Both the position numbers and the translations under genes were made by a program. From Nostoc sp. (lineage in GTDB: Bacteria > Cyanobacteriota > Cyanobacteriia > Cyanobacteriales > Nostocaceae): a stretch of DNA of 24,000 bases. Position 1 is the first letter of the stretch; each line of letters begins with the position of its first letter. Shown piece after piece: positions 22,562 to 24,000 of the stretch. The stretch covers positions 46,205-70,204 of the forward strand of contig NZ_JBALFC010000090.1 in NCBI RefSeq assembly GCF_036917755.1. The letters are read 5' to 3'. The notes beneath the pieces were generated by a model, which saw only the letters and a list, made by a program, of their open reading frames with translations, was not told the DNA's origin and did not search any database.

Positions 22562-24000
22562 ATGGGATTACCTTGGTATCGCGTCCATACAGTGGTCTTG
22601 AATGACCCAGGACGATTGCTAGCAGTACACTTAATGCACAATGCCCTTTGTGCGGGCTTTGCCGGTTCCATGCTTTTGTATGAACTGGCTCTATACGACC
22701 CCAGCGATCCAGTACTCAATCCCATGTGGCGACAGGGGTGTTTTTTAATGCCTTTTGTGGCGCGTTTGGGGGTGACAAATTCCTGGCAAGGCTGGAGCAT
22801 TACAGGTGAAAACTTTGTCGATCCGGGTTTTTGGACATTTGAAACTGTAGCGATCGCTCACATCGTATTTTCCGGTTTGGAATTCCTAGCTGCTTGCTGG
22901 CACTGGGTATACTGGGATGTCGCCACATTCTTTGACCCCGAAACCGATAAACCAGTTTTAGATTTGCCTAAGATTTTTGGTATTCATCTATTATTAGCTG
23001 GTTTACTCTGCTTTGGTTTTGGTGCTTTCCATCTAACCGGCATTTTTGGGCCGGGTATGTGGGTTTCCGACCCCTACGGTTTAACAGGGCATATGCAACC
23101 TGTCGCCCCGGTGTGGGGGCCAGAGGGCTTTAATCCTTTTAATCCGGGTGGGGTTGTCGCTCACCACATTGCCGCAGGGGTTGTAGGCATTATCGGTGCG
23201 CTGTTCCATTTAGCTGTTCGACCGCCGGAGGTGCTATATCGGGCACTACGGATGGGAAATATTGAAACGGCTCTCGCCAGTGGGCTGGCAACTTTCTTTT
23301 TCGCAGCTTTTGTAGCTACTGGTACTATGTGGTACGGCAGTGCTACCACACCTATAGAATTGTGGGGACCAACTCGCTACCAGTGGGATCAAGACTACTT
23401 TAAACAAGAGATTGACAGGCGGGTTCAAGTTGGCTTGAATGAAGGTAAAACTCCTTCAGAAGCTTGGTCAGCCATTCCCACAAAGCTGGCTTTCTACGAT
23501 TACATTGGCAATAATCCTGCCAAAGGCGGTCTGTTCCGAGTTGGTCGAATGGTGGATGGCGATGGGTTAGCTATAGATTGGCTCGGTCATCCAGTATTTA
23601 AAGACAGTGAAAGTCGGGAATTAACGGTACGAAGAATGCCGGCTTTCTTTGAAAATTTCCCTGTCGTCTTAACAGATAAAGATGATATTGTCCGTGCCGA
23701 TATTCCCTTCCGGCGAGCAGAATCAAAATTTAGCTTCGAGCAATCTGGGGTTTCAGTCAGCTTTTTGGGTGGGAGACTGGATGGTCAAACCTTTACAGAT
23801 CCCTTCAATGTCAAGCAATATGCCCGCAAAGCTCAACTCGGTGAAGTTTTTGAATTTGACCGCCAGAGATACAACTCTGATGGAGTTTTCCGGACGAGTA
23901 ACCGGGGCTTCTTTGCCTTTTTCCATGCTTGTTTTGCCCTAGTGTGGTTTTTCGGACACATTTGGCATGGTTCTCGCACCATATACCGGGATGTCTTTGC
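22562..24000 (+). CDS. psbB2: Photosystem II CP47, far-red paralog; 479 codons, 3-prime end beyond the window
   Basis: This gene is not in the ORF track because no stop lies inside the window. I translated it manually from the ATG at 22562: [26 protein letters not shown]...[40 protein letters not shown]...[19 protein letters not shown]...[17 protein letters not shown]. This is colinear with CP47. AAGGAG lies 7 nt upstream. Confidence 0.93.
   Translation, partial: MGLPWYRVHTVVLNDPGRLLAVHLMHNALCAGFAGSMLLYELALYDPSDPVLNPMWRQGCFLMPFVARLGVTNSWQGWSITGENFVDPGFWTFETVAIAHIVFSGLEFLAACWHWVYWDVATFFDPETDKPVLDLPKIFGIHLLLAGLLCFGFGAFHLTGIFGPGMWVSDPYGLTGHMQPVAPVWGPEGFNPFNPGGVVAHHIAAGVVGIIGALFHLAVRPPEVLYRALRMGNIETALASGLATFFFAAFVATGTMWYGSATTPIELWGPTRYQWDQDYFKQEIDRRVQVGLNEGKTPSEAWSAIPTKLAFYDYIGNNPAKGGLFRVGRMVDGDGLAIDWLGHPVFKDSESRELTVRRMPAFFENFPVVLTDKDDIVRADIPFRRAESKFSFEQSGVSVSFLGGRLDGQTFTDPFNVKQYARKAQLGEVFEFDRQRYNSDGVFRTSNRGFFAFFHACFALVWFFGHIWHGSRTIYRDVF

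Noticed and set aside
22357-22800. 147-aa minus-strand ORF
   Set aside because: It overlaps the strongly conserved 5-prime part of psbB2 on the opposite strand, its composition is Ser/Arg/Lys-rich, and it has no start context.

Overview
The window is almost entirely a far-red light photoacclimation (FaRLiP) gene cluster from a cyanobacterium. Frequent HIP1 GCGATCGC sites and many heptameric STRR arrays point to a heterocyst-forming, Nostocales-type genome.

Minus strand, read right to left: an OmpR-type regulator in the rfpB position (REC-wHTH-HPt), rfpA (knotless phytochrome histidine kinase), rfpC (CheY), a second degenerate CheY paralog, psaA2, psaB2, and the first 15 codons of a probable psaL2.

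Plus strand, starting from a roughly 780-bp divergent control region: chlF (psbA4, chlorophyll f synthase), psbA3, apcA2, apcB2, apcD2, apcE2, apcD3, psbD3, psbC2 and psbB2. psbB2 runs off the right edge and is missing from the supplied ORF track.

The gene family calls are very secure because the proteins are strongly conserved. The paralog numbers rest on diagnostic residues and on synteny with published FaRLiP clusters.

The cluster itself is known biology. These are the observations worth a second look:
1. A conserved direct-repeat motif (TTCYTTCATWRGTTYTTCAT plus a T-run) lies upstream of chlF, psaA2 and the extra CheY gene. It is a candidate operator for the OmpR-type regulator.
2. An in-frame block of about 245 nt of short tandem repeats sits inside the PHY domain of rfpA. 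The same composite repeat occurs in noncoding spacers of the cluster.
3. The rfpB-position regulator has an HPt domain and no second receiver domain, and there is an additional pseudo-receiver paralog of rfpC.
4. Several MITE-like insertions are present, including one nested inside another.
5. Inverted STRR arrays could sequester the apcD2 start region.
6. A recurring TTCCCAG hairpin sits just upstream of the psaB2 and psbA3 start codons.

All of this was read by eye. No database search or folding computation was run.
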